Below are positions 51,338 to 64,000 of a stretch of DNA of 64,000 bases, piece after piece; the first letter of the stretch is position 1, and the number at the start of each line of letters is the position of its first letter. A program made the translations under genes and the position numbers. Source of the stretch: Chiloscyllium plagiosum (Eukaryota); contig NC_057719.1 in the NCBI RefSeq assembly GCF_004010195.1, positions 37,200,138 through 37,264,137 of the forward strand, in the 5' to 3' direction. The notes beneath the pieces were generated by a model. The model did not search any database. It saw nothing but the letters and a program-made list of their open reading frames with translations, and was not told the origin of the DNA.

Positions 51338-54191
51338 TTCAATGCCAGAAGTATCCAAAACAAGGTAGGTGAGCTTGCAGAATGGATAGGTACCTGGGAC
51401 TTCAATCTTGTGGCCATTTCGGAGACATGGATAGAGCAGGGTCAGGAATGGATGTTGCAGGTTCCAGGATTTAGATCTTTCATGAAGAACAGACAAGGCG
51501 GTAAAACAGGGGGAGGTGTGGCCTTGTTAGCCAAGGATAGTGTAATGGTGGCTGAAAGAACTTTTGACAAGGACTCATCTACTGAGGTAGTATGGGCTGA
51601 GGTTAGAAACAGGAAAGGAGAGATCACACTGCTGGGGTTTTTTTAAAGGCCTCCGCAGAGTTCCAGGGAGATGGAGGAGAGGATTGGCAAAATGATTGTG
51701 GGTAGGAGTGAAGGGAACAGGGTAGACATTATGGGGGACTTTAACTTCCCAAACATTGGCTGAAAATGCCATAACTCTAGTACGTTGGATGGATCAATTT
51801 TTGTCCAATGTGTGCAGGAGGGTTTCCTGACACAGTATTCGAAGGGTCTACAAGAGGGGAGTCACACTGGATCTGGTGTTTGGTAATGAAGCAGGCCAGG
51901 TGTTTGATTTAGTTGTAGGTGAGCAGTTTGGAGACTGACCATAATTCAATTATGTTTAGTTTAGCGATGGAAAGGGATACGCACATGCCAAAGGGCAAGA
52001 GTTATCGATGGGGCAAGGACAATTATAATGCAATTTGACAAGACTTAGGAAAAAACAATGGGGTAGCAAAATGCAGGGGATGGGGACAATTGAAATGTGG
52101 AGCTGGTTTAAGGAACAGGTATTGCGCATCTTTGATAGGTATGTCCCTGTCAGGCAGGGAGGAAGTGATAAGGTCAGGGAACTGTGGTTCACTACAGAAA
52201 TTACAACTCTTGTTAAGCAGAAGAAGGAGGCTTATGCGATGATGAGACGAGATGGTTCAGATGAGGTGATGAAGAGTTACAGATTAGCTAGGAAGGATTT
52301 AAAGATAGAGTTGAGAAGAGCAAAGAGAGAACATGAGCAGTCTTTAGCAGGTAGAATAAAAGAAAACCCAAAAGCTTTCTATAGGCATGTGAGGAATAAA
52401 AGGATGACGAGGGTAGGAATAGGGCCAGTGAAAGACAAAAGTGGGAAGTTGTGTGTGGACCCTGTGGAGATTGGAGAGGTGCTAAATGAATATTTCTCAT
52501 CAGTTTTCACTCAGGAAAAGGAGAATATTGTAGAGGAGAAGAATGAGATATGAGATATTAGACTAGAAAGGATCAAGGTTAGTTACGACCAGATGTTATC
52601 AATTCTAGAAGGAGTGAGAGTAGACAAGTCCCCTGGGCCAGATGGGATTTATCCAAGAATTCTCTGGAAAGCTAGGGAATAAACGGTGGAACCTTTGGCT
52701 TTGATGTTTGAGTCATCATTGTCTACAGGTTTAGTACCAGAGGACCAGAGGATTGCAAATGTTGTGCCCTTGTTCAAGAAGGACAGTAGAGATGACCCAG
52801 GTAATTATTGACCAGTGAGCCTTACATCTATTGTAGGAAAAAGTTTTAGAAAGGATTATAAGAGATAGGATTTATAATCATCTAGCAAGCAACAATTTGA
52901 TTTCAGATAGTCAACATGGTTTCATCAAGGGGGAGTCATGTCTCACAAACCTCATTGAGTTTTTTGAGAAAGTGACCGAGCATGTGAATGAGGGTACATC
53001 AGTTGATGTGGTATACATGGACTTCAGTAAAACTTTTGATAAGGTTCCATATTGTAGGCTATTGGAGAAAATGCTGAGGCATGGAATTGAGGGTGATTTA
53101 GCAGTTTGAATTAGAAACTGGCTTTCTGAAAGAAGGCAGCGAGTGGCAGTTGATGGAAATATTCAGCCTGGAGTCTGGTTACTAGTGGTGTGCCACAAGG
53201 ATCTGTTTTGGGACCACTGCTGTTTGTCATTTTTATAAATGACTTAGATGCAGGCATAGATGTATGGGTTAGAAAGTTGCAGATAATATTAAAGTCGGTG
53301 GAGTAGTGGACAGTGTGGAAGAATGTTACAGGTTGCAGTGGGACTTGGATAAACTGCAGAATTGAGCTGAGAAATGGCAAATGGAATTCAATGCAGCTAA
53401 ATGTGAGGTGATTCACTTTGGGAAGAATCCCAGGAAGGCAGAATACCGGGTCAATGGAAAGATTCTTGGTAGTGTGGATGTGCAGAGGGATCTTAGAGTC
53501 CGTGTACATAGATCCCTGAAAGTTGCCATCTGATTGATAATGCTGTTAAGAAGGCATAAGGTGTATTAGTTTTATTGGTAGAGAGATTGAGTTCCGGAGC
53601 CATAATATCATGCTGCGACCATACAAAACGCTAGTGCGGCCGCACTTGGAATATTATGCACAGTTCTGGTCGCCCCATTACAGGAAGGATGTGGAAGCAT
53701 TGGAAAAGGTGCAGATGAGATTTACCAGGATGTTGCCTGGTCTGGAGTGAAGGTTTTATGAGGAAATGCTGAGAGACTTGGGTCTGTTCTGATTGGAAAG
53801 AAGAAGGCTAAGAGAGGATTTGATAGAGACATACAAGATAATCAGAGGATTAGATAGGGTAGACAGTGAAAGTCTTTTTCCTGGGATGATGATGTCAGCT
53901 TGTACGAGGGGCATAACTACAAATTGAGGGGTGATAGAATTAGGACAGATGCCTGAGGCAGATTATTTATTCAGAGAGTGGTAAGGGCGTGGAATGCCCT
54001 CCCTGCCAATGTGGCTAACTCAGCCACATTAGGGAGATTTAAACAATCCTTGGATAAGCACATGGATGATGATGGAATAGTGTAGGGGAATGGGCTTAGC
54101 TTAGATCACAGGTTGGCACAACATTGAGGGCCGAAGGGCCTGTTCTGCACTGTATTGTTCTATATTCTATGTTCTTTGTTCTATGTTCTAT
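51338..54191 (+). mobile_element. CR1 family B, almost the entire ORF2 (EN+RT), multiply disrupted
   Basis: YFNARSI..ISETW..GGGVAL, MGDFNFP, KSPGPDG, SQHGF, DFSKTFDKV; (ttctatg)n tail; possible TSD gtctac. Confidence 0.95.
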
Positions 54192-54829
54192 GTCTACATG
54201 GTAGTAGACAGATATGACTACTGTATAGTAATCTAAAGTCAGAATTCATACGAGACAGATTGGGCATTGCTGTGAAAGTTTTTTTTCAGATTAATTACAG
54301 TCCAAAGAAGAGCTGACTCTAGAGAAAGCCACAGATGGTGAGTGAAGCAGAAATCCAGAAAAAAAATGGCAGTCCTAAGAGGAGAAGATAAAATGTGACA
54401 CAGGAAACGTGTGGAATGTATTCACTCTTTTTGCACAAAGCCGCAAAAGGTACAAAATAAGCCAGTGCAGTGGGTAGGACAGGCACCAGACTCGAAAGAT
54501 ACTTGGCAACACAGTGGAGTGAAGAAACCTCACAAGTATGAACAATGCCCTACTATTAAAAATGTGTCAAAGTAGGACACAGCCACAGAAAAACCAAAGG
54601 CCAAAGAACTGCTAACACAGTGAGGTAGAACCATCTTCGGTAGAAGAATAACCCATATTTTTCCTTGGGGAAATCAGTGAACAGACAAACATTTTGGCAG
54701 CTAGACATCAATGTTAATGAGTGTATCATGAATTTCAAATTAGACGTGGGAGCAGGTTTCAGAATATTCTCAGGTAGGGAGCCTTTATTGACAAAACACT
54801 ATTTACAACAAACATGGTCCAAGGAGCAT

Positions 54830-55110
54830 TGCATTAATTTTAAAGACATGCTGCAGAAAGTGCTTGCAGACTTTGGGATGAACTTTGTGGCTTTGTTTTT
54901 CTGGTGACGAGGACTCATGGTGGAGGTGGGGAAGTGATCTGGATATTTTTGTTTCTGCTGGCTGTTTCTTTTATTTCTGCTTTAGTTTTTAATCCTGTCT
55001 CTATATACTAAGAAGGGGCTGGAGAATGGCGACTTTACGCACTTTTCATTCTGCTCCTATATTCCTGTTCTCCAATACATGACACAAATAAAATCTAAAT
55101 CAAATCAAAT
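54830..55110 (+). mobile_element. 3' end of a Rex1-related non-LTR element
   Basis: cacttttca..tacatgacacaaataaaatctaaatcaaatc resembles the Rex1 tail at 35836. Confidence 0.5.
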
Positions 55111-55364
55111 CCAGAGCTTAGTTTGTTGAAATAAAAAAATTCTTACAGTAAATATGATGGAAAGCTATGGCTACAGTGGTCTGTCTGATATCAAAACTGA
55201 AAATAATTTAGATTATTAATGGCAACAATGTTTGAGAATACGCACAAGCAAAGAGGCATCAACTGAACTGTCTATGCCATGTAAGAGGCTGCATTGTGAT
55301 AGGGAACAATGGGAAGACTTCACAAAAAAAGGATCATACTTCAGTTAGTTTTAAGATAGTTGTG

Positions 55365-55742
55365 GATGAGGAGGAGACTAGACATCAGGTGAAAGTGCTA
55401 AATTGGTGGAAGGCTAATTACAAGAGTATTAGGTAGGAATTGGAATAATAGATTGGGGCGGGGGGGGAGCTGTTTGAGTGTAAATCCACATCTGACGTTA
55501 AAGGCCAGTTGATCAAAGTTCAGGACCAGCATGTTCCTATGAGGATGAAAAATAAGGATGGCAAGATTTGGGAACCTTGGATGGCAGGAGATATTGAAAG
55601 TTCAGTCAAAAAGAAAAGGAAGCATATGTAAAGTTTAGGAAGCTGCAATCAAACAAGGCCCTTGAGGGATATAAAGAAAACTGAGAAAAAAAATTAAGAA
55701 ATTAGGAGGGCTAAAAGGGGCTATGAAATGCCCTTGGCAGGT
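55365..55742 (+). mobile_element. CR1 internal (EN-RT linker) fragment
   Basis: Homologous to 26000-26300 and 52100-52350. Confidence 0.7.
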
Positions 55743-56559
55743 ATACCTATAAATTAATGCCATATTTCAAATGGCAAGCAAGATATATAATTTACTTGCT
55801 ATTTATATTGGCTGCCTTTTTTTGTCATAACTTACTGAGATTGCAATGAGAGAAATTCCACATGTGAAAAAGTTCTTATGCATTGCCGCCAGCAGAACCG
55901 GCCACTCCATTAGAACAATGACCATTAAATGCTGAAATTCCAGACAGGTAACTCTGGATCAACAACATCCCTGCAAGCGTGTCAACCAGTGTTTGACTGT
56001 ATTGATAATATGGCAGATTGCATTGCACTCATCTGAAGACAGCACATGTAAGAATAGGACTACTGGGTTTTACTGGACCTAACTCCTAATATTTTCAATG
56101 CCTTTTACTGTACAAGGCTAGGTCCTCATAAAGTGTGAACAAATGTTTTGACATATATTCTGCCTACACAGTCTTTTCCTTTGGAATTTTCTTTGACAAA
56201 GAACACATTTGTAGGAAATTCAGATTGCAAAGGAGGTGTCTTGGCTAATTAAAGCTCAGTTTAATGTGAATTTGTGGGTCAACCCCCAATGATTTGAACC
56301 ATTATTTCACTACAATCAAGCCTGTACCATGAGGATAATTCAAATCTAAATGAAATTGATTATAAGAAACAAATCCAATTGATTTTCAATATAGTTGAAC
56401 AATATACCTACTCTATTGGAGTTATAAATTAAGACATAAACTGATCCTTTGTCCTTGTAACCAGCCTAAAATTAACATTATGAAAGTATTCTTAAAATAT
56501 CAGTCAGATTATGATGTTTCATAAGAGAATTTACAGTAATAGGTTATTTTCTTAACCTT

Positions 56560-57530
56560 TTACTGCTACTTCTGGGGTCTCTAGAATGTGGCTTGGTCCA
56601 GTTGCCACATCTGTATGCTGTCCTTTAGTGATACTATCCACAGACATAAACAAAGATACCATAGCTACACAAATGACACCAACGTCTATCTCTGTCAACT
56701 CCCTGGTCTGGAATAATGCCTTTGTTTTATCAGATTGCTTGTTTGATGTATAGCATTGAATAAGCCACAATTTGCTCTGTTTACATATTTGGAAGCGTAG
56801 GATCATTGCATTCAGTCTCTACCTCATTACTTCACTTTCATCTCCTTCTAAACCAATCCTTTACACTGAGGTTCTTTAACTCAATTTGAGCGTTTCATCC
56901 TCCCAGTGCAAAGACAGATTTATTCTAACTCTACAAAACAGAATGTTTCCTCCCTGGGATCAGCCTGTCACTAAAACTATCCTTTCTACCTTTCTCAGCA
57001 TCAAACAACTTTTCTGTTGCTCTCCTAGATTCTCCCATTCTTCCTGCACCTGTAAATTTCACTTAATCTGAACTTCTGCTGTGTTTGTCCTCTTCCACTT
57101 CAAGGCCAAACTTCATGTGTCAAACTTATCTGCTGATTGTACGTGTCCCTAACCAACTTTGTCAAGTTAAAATACTCATTGTCATGACACTTCTTTATTA
57201 TTTCAATTATCTATATTTTTGTTACAGCTATTTTCCCTAAAGATCTCTATATCGCCAGAGAACTCTCCTTCTGCCTCTAATGTTTTGTGTATACAATCTT
57301 CCTTTGCTGTAAACTAATGACAATGCTCTGCAGCTGCCTTTCCAAATCAGTTTTCTCACTATATCGTTCTAATCCTTTAAAATTATTTTAAAACCTACCT
57401 ATTTGAAGAAGCTTTTGATTGCCCAGTTTAAATTTTTACTTTCTTGGGCCAGCATTGACTGATTACAATTCTATGAAGTATATTTGGATAGTTTGCTGTG
57501 CTGAAAGAACAATACAAATGCTGATTGTTA
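56560..57530 (+). mobile_element. Ancient L2-like LINE 3' half
   Basis: Decayed GV...LGP and HSYTNDTNVYL (YADD region), ending in an L2-type tail. Confidence 0.5.
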
Positions 57531-57706
57531 CATTTGGATATCATTCTTATGTATGTGAAGACATAACAAACTTAAAAAATGAGTAGGGGCATGTTTTTAC
57601 ATTAAAGATGCTATCCAAATAAAACATGTTGATTTTGTGTGGTGTCATACATTGAACAAACCTTCTGTGAATCACATTATTTCAGTTTCATAGCCTGAAT
57701 ACACCC

Positions 57707-58391
57707 AATCTTAGCAGGACGTATACACTTAATGGTAAGGTCCTAGGGAGTGTTGCTGAACAAAGAGATCTTGGAGTGCAGGTTCATAGCTCTTTGAAAG
57801 TGGAGTCGCAGGTAGATAGGATAGTGAAGAAGGCATTTGGTATGCTTTCTTTTATTGTTCAGTGTATTGAGTGCAGGAATTGGGAGGTCATGTTGCGGCT
57901 GTACAGGATGTTGGTTAGGCCACTGTTGGAATATCGCGTGCAATTCTGGTCTCCTTCCTATCGGAACGATGTTGTGAAACTTGAAAGGGTTTAGAAAAGA
58001 TTTACAAGGATTTTGCCAGGGTTGGAGGATTTGAGCTATAGGGAGAGGCTGAACAGGCTGGGGCTGTTTTCCCTGGAGCATCGGAGCCTGAGGGGTGACC
58101 TTATAGAGGTTTACAAAATTATGAGGGTTATGGATAGGGTAAATAGGCAACGTGTTTTTCCTGGTGTCGGGGAGTTCAGAACTAGAGGGCATGAATTTAG
58201 GGTGAGAGGGGAAAGATATAAAAGAGACCTAAGGGGCAACGTTTTCACACAGATGGTGGTACGTGTATGGAATGAGCTGCCAGAGGATGTGGCAGAGGCT
58301 GGTCCAATTGCAACATTTAAGAGGTATTTGGATGGGTTCATGAATAGGAAGGGTTTGGAATGATATGGGCTGAGTGCTGGCAGGTGGGACT
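57707..58391 (+). mobile_element. CR1 family A fragment lacking its tail
   Basis: Near-identical to 171-830. Confidence 0.93.
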
Positions 58392-60582
58392 CGATGATGG
58401 TGATGATGACTGAGTCTTTTTAAGCAAAGACCACAGAAAGGCTTTCTCTATGTTAGGTTTTTGGTACCTGAAGAGGCCAGCTATTGATCTGCAAGCTCCT
58501 GAGCAATTCGGGAACAAGGTTTCCCAGTTTGGAGAAGATTAGATATAAGCAAACTCTGTCTGCTCCTTCCTTCAGCAGCTTCACATCTGTTTGCTTCAAA
58601 CTTGTTGTTTGTTGTCTTTGTTGTGCACTAGCTGCCTCTGCTGGCATTATTCTACTGCCACATATGTCTGTCATTGCCAGCTAGACAGAGCTATCAGCTA
58701 ATCTCTGAATCGTTTGCAAGATGCATCTTGATTGTTAATACTAGAGCATAGTCCAGTGTAAAGCACTGCTTAGGGCATTCTGAAATCTTTCACACATGAG
58801 ATATGTCCAGCCCAGTGTAATTGGTATTGTAAGTGGTTCATTCAATGCTGGGCAGATTAGATCTGTTGCAGGACTTGTGTGCCATTGGAGATTCAGAATG
58901 TTAACTGTTTCTTCCTCAGCAGATGCTGCTGACTTGCTTCTAGCATTTTCTGTTTTATTACTGTTGAGGACTTCATTGTGTTTGAGTTGATCCTGCCATT
59001 TGACGTTAGTGGTGGTTTGAAGACATCATTGATGGACACACTCAAGCAGACACATTAATTTCAGGTACAGAGTCCATTATTCCAATCTTTATAAGAAATT
59101 GGTAATGATGACTGCTATGTGTACTTGGGTTCTGATAGAGATTAACAACAAATGGTTTCCTCAGATAAACTTAAACAGATGGCCAAAGGAGTTGTTGGTG
59201 TTGAACAGTCAATTGTCATTGTCATTGTTAACAGTGGTGTAATTTGGGACATTGTTGCCCAGATTGAAGAAGAGTGAAGACGTTGTGCTGGAATAATATG
59301 CCAAACCCCTATAGAAGAACTACATTTATCTTGGGGAATTACCTGTCTTGTTAAAAAAAACTTGACTTCACTCAACATGTTTGAACAACAAATGGGAGCA
59401 AAAGAAACTGGGTTGCTGAGGAGGAACATCCTGGAATGATTCCTGTCAGTGTTGCGACTTGATCTTAGACCCATTGAATTAGTCAAGCAGAGGAAGAGTG
59501 TGCAAATCAGAAATGTTGTAGAAGTTCAGTTATCTGACATTGTTTTCAAACACTTAAGTAAACAGGAGCATATTAAAGAGAGTGAGGGTGATATTTTAGT
59601 TAATCTTCTTCATTAGAAATGCAACAACGAGGTCCTAACTTAGGAAAGCAGTATAAAACAGCCTACTCCGAGGTTCAATCTGAATCAATACCTGCAAATT
59701 ATTATTTAAAAGAAAAATGATAAGGAGGAAATAAAGACCACTTCAAATACTTGCCTATGAGAAATGGACAGTAGCTCCATTTGAGTATAATAAAGAAATT
59801 TTATTAGACACCCATGAAATTCTAATAGTATGTTATTTAATATTAAGAAAACACAAGCTAAAACACTAACACATCTTTATAGGCCTGGATAACATTAATA
59901 TGGGGTTAATTTTGTCATACATATCATAGATAAGAGACATGTCAGAAAATAGGGAAACCTTAACCATCAATTACACCTGCACCTTTAAATGTGATACCAA
60001 CTTTCAAAACAGGGTCTTAATAGATTTGTGTATGATCCCAGTCTAAAACCAGGAGTAGGAAACAGTATCTTTTAATAATTATTTATGTTTCAACGAGATT
60101 TCCTGAGGCAGTACCTTCAGGAAAAACAAAGACAAAAATGGTTGTGGAAAAGTTTTTTTTATATAAGATATGAATTACCTAAGGAAATACAATAAGATCC
60201 AGCTTCAGATTTTATGTCAGACATTTTCAAAGAAATAATGAATACTTTGAGTAGCTTAAAAGTAAAAACAATTTTTATCTTTAGCTTTTCATTCACAATC
60301 TCAAGGAGCATTGAAAACTGGCATCAAATTTTAAATTCCATGATCAAAGTTTATTGTCAGATGGCCTTCATGATTGGGATTAAAGGATTCTGTTTCCAGT
60401 TAGCCAATAGGATTGCCTCTGCTACTGGATTCAATCCACCCATACTAATATATGGGCATAAGGTAAGAAGACCATTTAGATTCATTAAAGAGAAATTTAG
60501 AAAACCAAAGCTCAGAGCAATTCCTACTATGTGCCGCATTTCCAAGATAATCCAAACCAAAGTGCATGAGTTGGTCAAAGGC

Positions 60583-61105
60583 CATAAGACATAGAAGCAG
60601 AAATTAGGCCATTCAGCCCATCAAGTGAGGAGTTTGCACATTTTCCCCATGTCTGCTGGGTTTCCTCTGGGTGCTCCAATTTCCTCCCACAATCCAAAGA
60701 TGTGCAGGTCAGGTGATTTGGCCATGCTAAATTGCCCATAAGGTTAGATGCCTTAATTCCGGATAAATATAAGGTAGGGGAATGGGTCTAGGCAGGTTAC
60801 TGTTTGGAGGGTCGGTGTGGACTTGTTGGGCCAAATGGCCTGTTTCCATACTGTAGGGAATCTAATCTAAAAAAAAAAGTCTGCTCCGCTGTTCAATCAT
60901 GGCTGATACATTTCTCAACCCTATTCTCCTGCTTTCTCCCTGTAACCCTTGATCCCCTTGATAGTCAGGAACCTGTCTATCTCAGTCTTAAATGTACTCA
61001 ATGACCTGGCCACCACAGCTTTCTGTGACAATGAATTCCATAGATTAACCACTCTCAGGCTGAATAAGATTCTCCTCTCTGTTCTAAAACATCTTCCTTT
61101 TACTC
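60583..61105 (-). mobile_element. CR1 3' end with a nested 5'-truncated HE1 SINE (60628-60878, +)
   Basis: CR1-type 3' UTR interrupted by the V-core and (atcta)/A tail. Confidence 0.85.
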
Positions 61106-62051
61106 TACAGTTCAGAAATGTTCAACAATGAAATCTAGAGCAGTTAAAAATGTGAACGTGTGGAATATTGGTGTTGGAGGCAAGGTTTAGTATTGTTCTG
61201 AATTTGCTATGGTTTTTCAATTCTGTAGAGTCATATTGAAGTTGAAATATTAACTCTGTTGCACCCTCCATAGATGCTGCCAGGTCTGCTGAGTTCCTCC
61301 AATATTTTCTGTGTTCCATACTTCCAACAATCATAGTATTTTGCTTCTATTTGTGTGTTAGTATTGTTATTGACCTCTGAGGAACCATTAAAAGTGAGGT
61401 TTATTGGACCTTATCAAAGTACTCTAGCCAGGATGAAAAATCAGTGTGTGTCATTTAAAATATCTTAAAATGATACTCTGCTGGGGAGGATAATCAGCAC
61501 AGGTTTATAGTGACAAAAGACATTGCAAGTGAAGTAAAAATATCAACATATCAGGTATCAAAAAGTTTAAAGACAACCCTCCAGCACCTTTGGATAATAC
61601 AAAGGTGTTAAAACGTTAGATGGAATATTACACTACCTGCAGGAAAACAATCAAAGTCACTTGTGACTATTACAGGCTCATAAATCCATTTGTGTAAATA
61701 GGCCATAAAAATGTTTTTTGTCATAAATAATGTTAATATATGGGATGTGTCACCCAGAAAGCAATATCCTTAAGGACTAAAGCTAGAGTCTCAAGTGAGA
61801 AAAGATATCAAGTTCCTGATGGAAAATGACATTACCGAACCAAGTCACAGTAGCTGGAGCTTACCTCTTGTGATGGAACCAGATGCATTACAATGATCAT
61901 GTAAATATTATTTCAAAGTCAAGACAGCAACTAAGGCAGATTCATGCCAAACTTCACAATTGCAGGATTGGATAGAACAAGAGAATTCGACAATCACAGG
62001 TGGTAAAAAAAACTTATTAAAGAGATATTGACAAGTTCAATTGACTGATAC

Positions 62052-62596
62052 ATAGAGTCATAATCATAGAGTCATAGAGATGTAGAACACGGAAAGAGAC
62101 CCTTCGGTCCAACCCGTCCATGCCAACCAGATATCCCAACCCAATCTAGTCCCACCTACCATCACCTGGCCCATATCCCTCCAAACCTTCTTATTCATAT
62201 ACCCATCCAGATGCCTCTTAAATGTTGCAATTGTACTAGCCTCCACTACTTCCTCTGGCAGCTCATTCAATACACGTACTATCCTCTGCGTGAAAAAGTT
62301 GCCCCTTAGGTGTCTTTTATATCTTTTCCCTCTCACCCTAAACCTATGTAGTCTAGTTGTGGACTACTGCCCACCAGCCCCCCACCCTCCCCGCCAGGGA
62401 AGAGACTTTGTTTATTTATCCTATCCATGTCCCTCATGATTTTATGCACCTCTTTACGGTCACCTCTCAGTCTCCGACGCTCCAAGGAAAACAGGCCCAG
62501 CCTATTCAACCTCTCCCTATAGTTCAAATCCTCCAACCCTGGCAACATCCTTGTAATTGTTTTCTGAACACTTTCAAGTTTCACAACATCTTTCCG
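62052..62596 (-). mobile_element. CR1 family A 3' fragment
   Basis: LGLFSLERRRLRGD, FFTQRIVRV; (ctatgact)n tail. Confidence 0.93.
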
Positions 62597-62741
62597 AAAT
62601 CAAAGTCTTTAAAATTAAAAATGTTTTGTGATGTTGGATTGACTTTATCAAATGTTGTTTAGTTGAAAAATTCACCAATATTGTTTCAATGAATAACCAA
62701 CAAGATACAACTGACATAATAATGAAAGTGAAATAGTACAA

Positions 62742-62948
62742 TTGCTGGAAATCTGAAATAAAAACAGAAATTACAGGAGAAACTCAGCAGGTTAGGCAGC
62801 ATATGTGGACAGAGAAATAGAACTGATGATTTGAAACAATGTATCTCTTCTTCAGAGGTACAGTCATATTGGTCTCAAAATATTAACTCTGTTTCTTTCT
62901 CCATAGATATTGCCAGACCTGCTGAGTTTCTCCAGCACTTTCTGTTTT
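62742..62948. mobile_element. Penelope-derived fold-back mini-element (old)
   Basis: Arms ggagaaactcagcagg / cctgctgagtttctcc; related single arms near 28070, 41450, 49780, 58920, 61270. Confidence 0.7.
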
Positions 62949-64000
62949 AATTGCACATAATGATGACTTGGTTGTGTTTAGGCAAACGTGGGAGGTACGT
63001 TTACAACAATTGAGCAAATTATCTGGTTGGTTGTATAGATTTAATTTAGCCATAAACTTGGCCAAAATTAAATTTGCCAAAGCAAAACTAACTTAGTTGG
63101 GTCATACTGTGGGACAGGGCCAAGTAAAATAAGAAATTGTATTATATACAACATAATGATGAGTAGATTCCATTAGCTGTTTGTTCTAAATATGAACATT
63201 ATGGTAGCTCTTGTTTCTACATACCCCTCAACCAACACCGTCTCCACCAACCATCACTCACCTCTAAAGTGTTACATTTTGGGCACTTCAACTCCTGAAG
63301 GATACAATGGCTTTGAAGGTGGCATAGCATGAATTCATCAGCATGATACCAGGGTGCAGAGGGCGAAATGACAAAGGCAAGTTGCATAAAGTTAGTTTGT
63401 ACTCACTTGGACACAAGACTGAAGGGTGAGCTCATCAAGTTTCTTAAATGTCAAAAGGATCTGATTGGGTAAAAGCAAATAAACTACTTACTCAAATAGA
63501 AATCAAAAACAAGGTGATATAATTATAAAATTATTGAATCATGCAGCATCCTCTCAAACAATTTCACATCTTTCATAAAGCGCAGTGTTCAGATTTGGGC
63601 ACAATAGATGTGGCTAAACCAACATTTCATGAAGGTTTATCATAACGTCTTTGCTCACTCTATTTCCCAGGTTTTTGTCCTAATCAAAATCCTGTCTACC
63701 CTGGTGAAAATGCCAAAAATTCAGACAGGAGAATACCTGTCTCCTCATACACCATTTCTGATTTTTGTGGGGGCTAGTGTGTGAATAGTCTGAGCATCAT
63801 GCCTGTTCAGTTGCTGTTGCTGTTGCTGTGTCTGGAACCTGGAATAAGCAGAGCAGACCAGTTGAGAGCAGGTCTATTTTATTCCTTTGTCAAAGTGAAG
63901 TATCCCTGTGGGTATGTTCCTAACACTTCTTAGGGTAGTTCAAATGCTCCTGAGGGAGATTACATGTCCTTGGGCTTAGAGACAGGACCCCTTTGGGATT

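Larger units (their letters stand above)
50620..54810 (+). mobile_element. Gypsy-type gag-protease relic split by a SINE and a CR1
   Basis: QINTFLH..IADDFI, DYYFSTRINKILAR, YSNLKSEFIRDRL, LQSKEELTLEKA, protease-like MNFKLDVGA. Confidence 0.65.
59380..63130 (+). mobile_element. Gmr1-type Gypsy relic (integrase upstream of RT)
   Basis: INT HHCC region 59790-59960, core (FMSDIFKE, SQGAL, GHKVR) 60180-60500, GPY/F EPLKVRFIGPYQ about 61383; RT ENDITEPSHSSWSLPLV about 61820; NDDLVVF..LGHTVGQG 62955-63125. Confidence 0.75.

Noticed and set aside
51251..54191. Active RT/endonuclease or a novel RT-associated system
   Set aside because: Ordinary CR1 ORF2 with many stops and frameshifts; the N-terminal extension comes from flanking Gypsy gag

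Overview
This is eukaryotic, repeat-rich, essentially non-coding DNA. The repeat set (HE1-type V-SINEs, DeuSINE-like SINEs, several CR1 LINE families, Penelope-derived mini-elements) points to a cartilaginous fish, probably a shark (inference). No intact host or transposon protein gene is visible. The recognisable ORFs in the track are broken retroelement fragments, and the rest look like chance or antisense frames. The only host-gene signal is a CpG-richer promoter/first-exon-like region at about 48.0-48.6 kb, probably transcribed on the minus strand. If so, most of 1-48 kb is intron, with only weak exon candidates. Mobile DNA includes many CR1 copies (one nearly full length, with an ORF1 SGNH esterase), L1, L2, Rex1/Babar, a Penelope RT fragment, a solo LTR with a perfect TSD, a Ty1/copia-like gag-protease relic, a Gypsy gag-protease relic, a Gmr1-type Gypsy relic with integrase before RT, and a Harbinger relic. 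The most striking pattern is a population of 100-220 bp fold-back insertions with 8-14 bp TSDs. Several carry minimal hammerhead-ribozyme cores whose stems covary between families. This matches what is known of Penelope-like elements, and I found no evidence for a wholly new multi-gene system. Family names come from motif recognition, not database searches. Boundaries are approximate unless TSDs are quoted.
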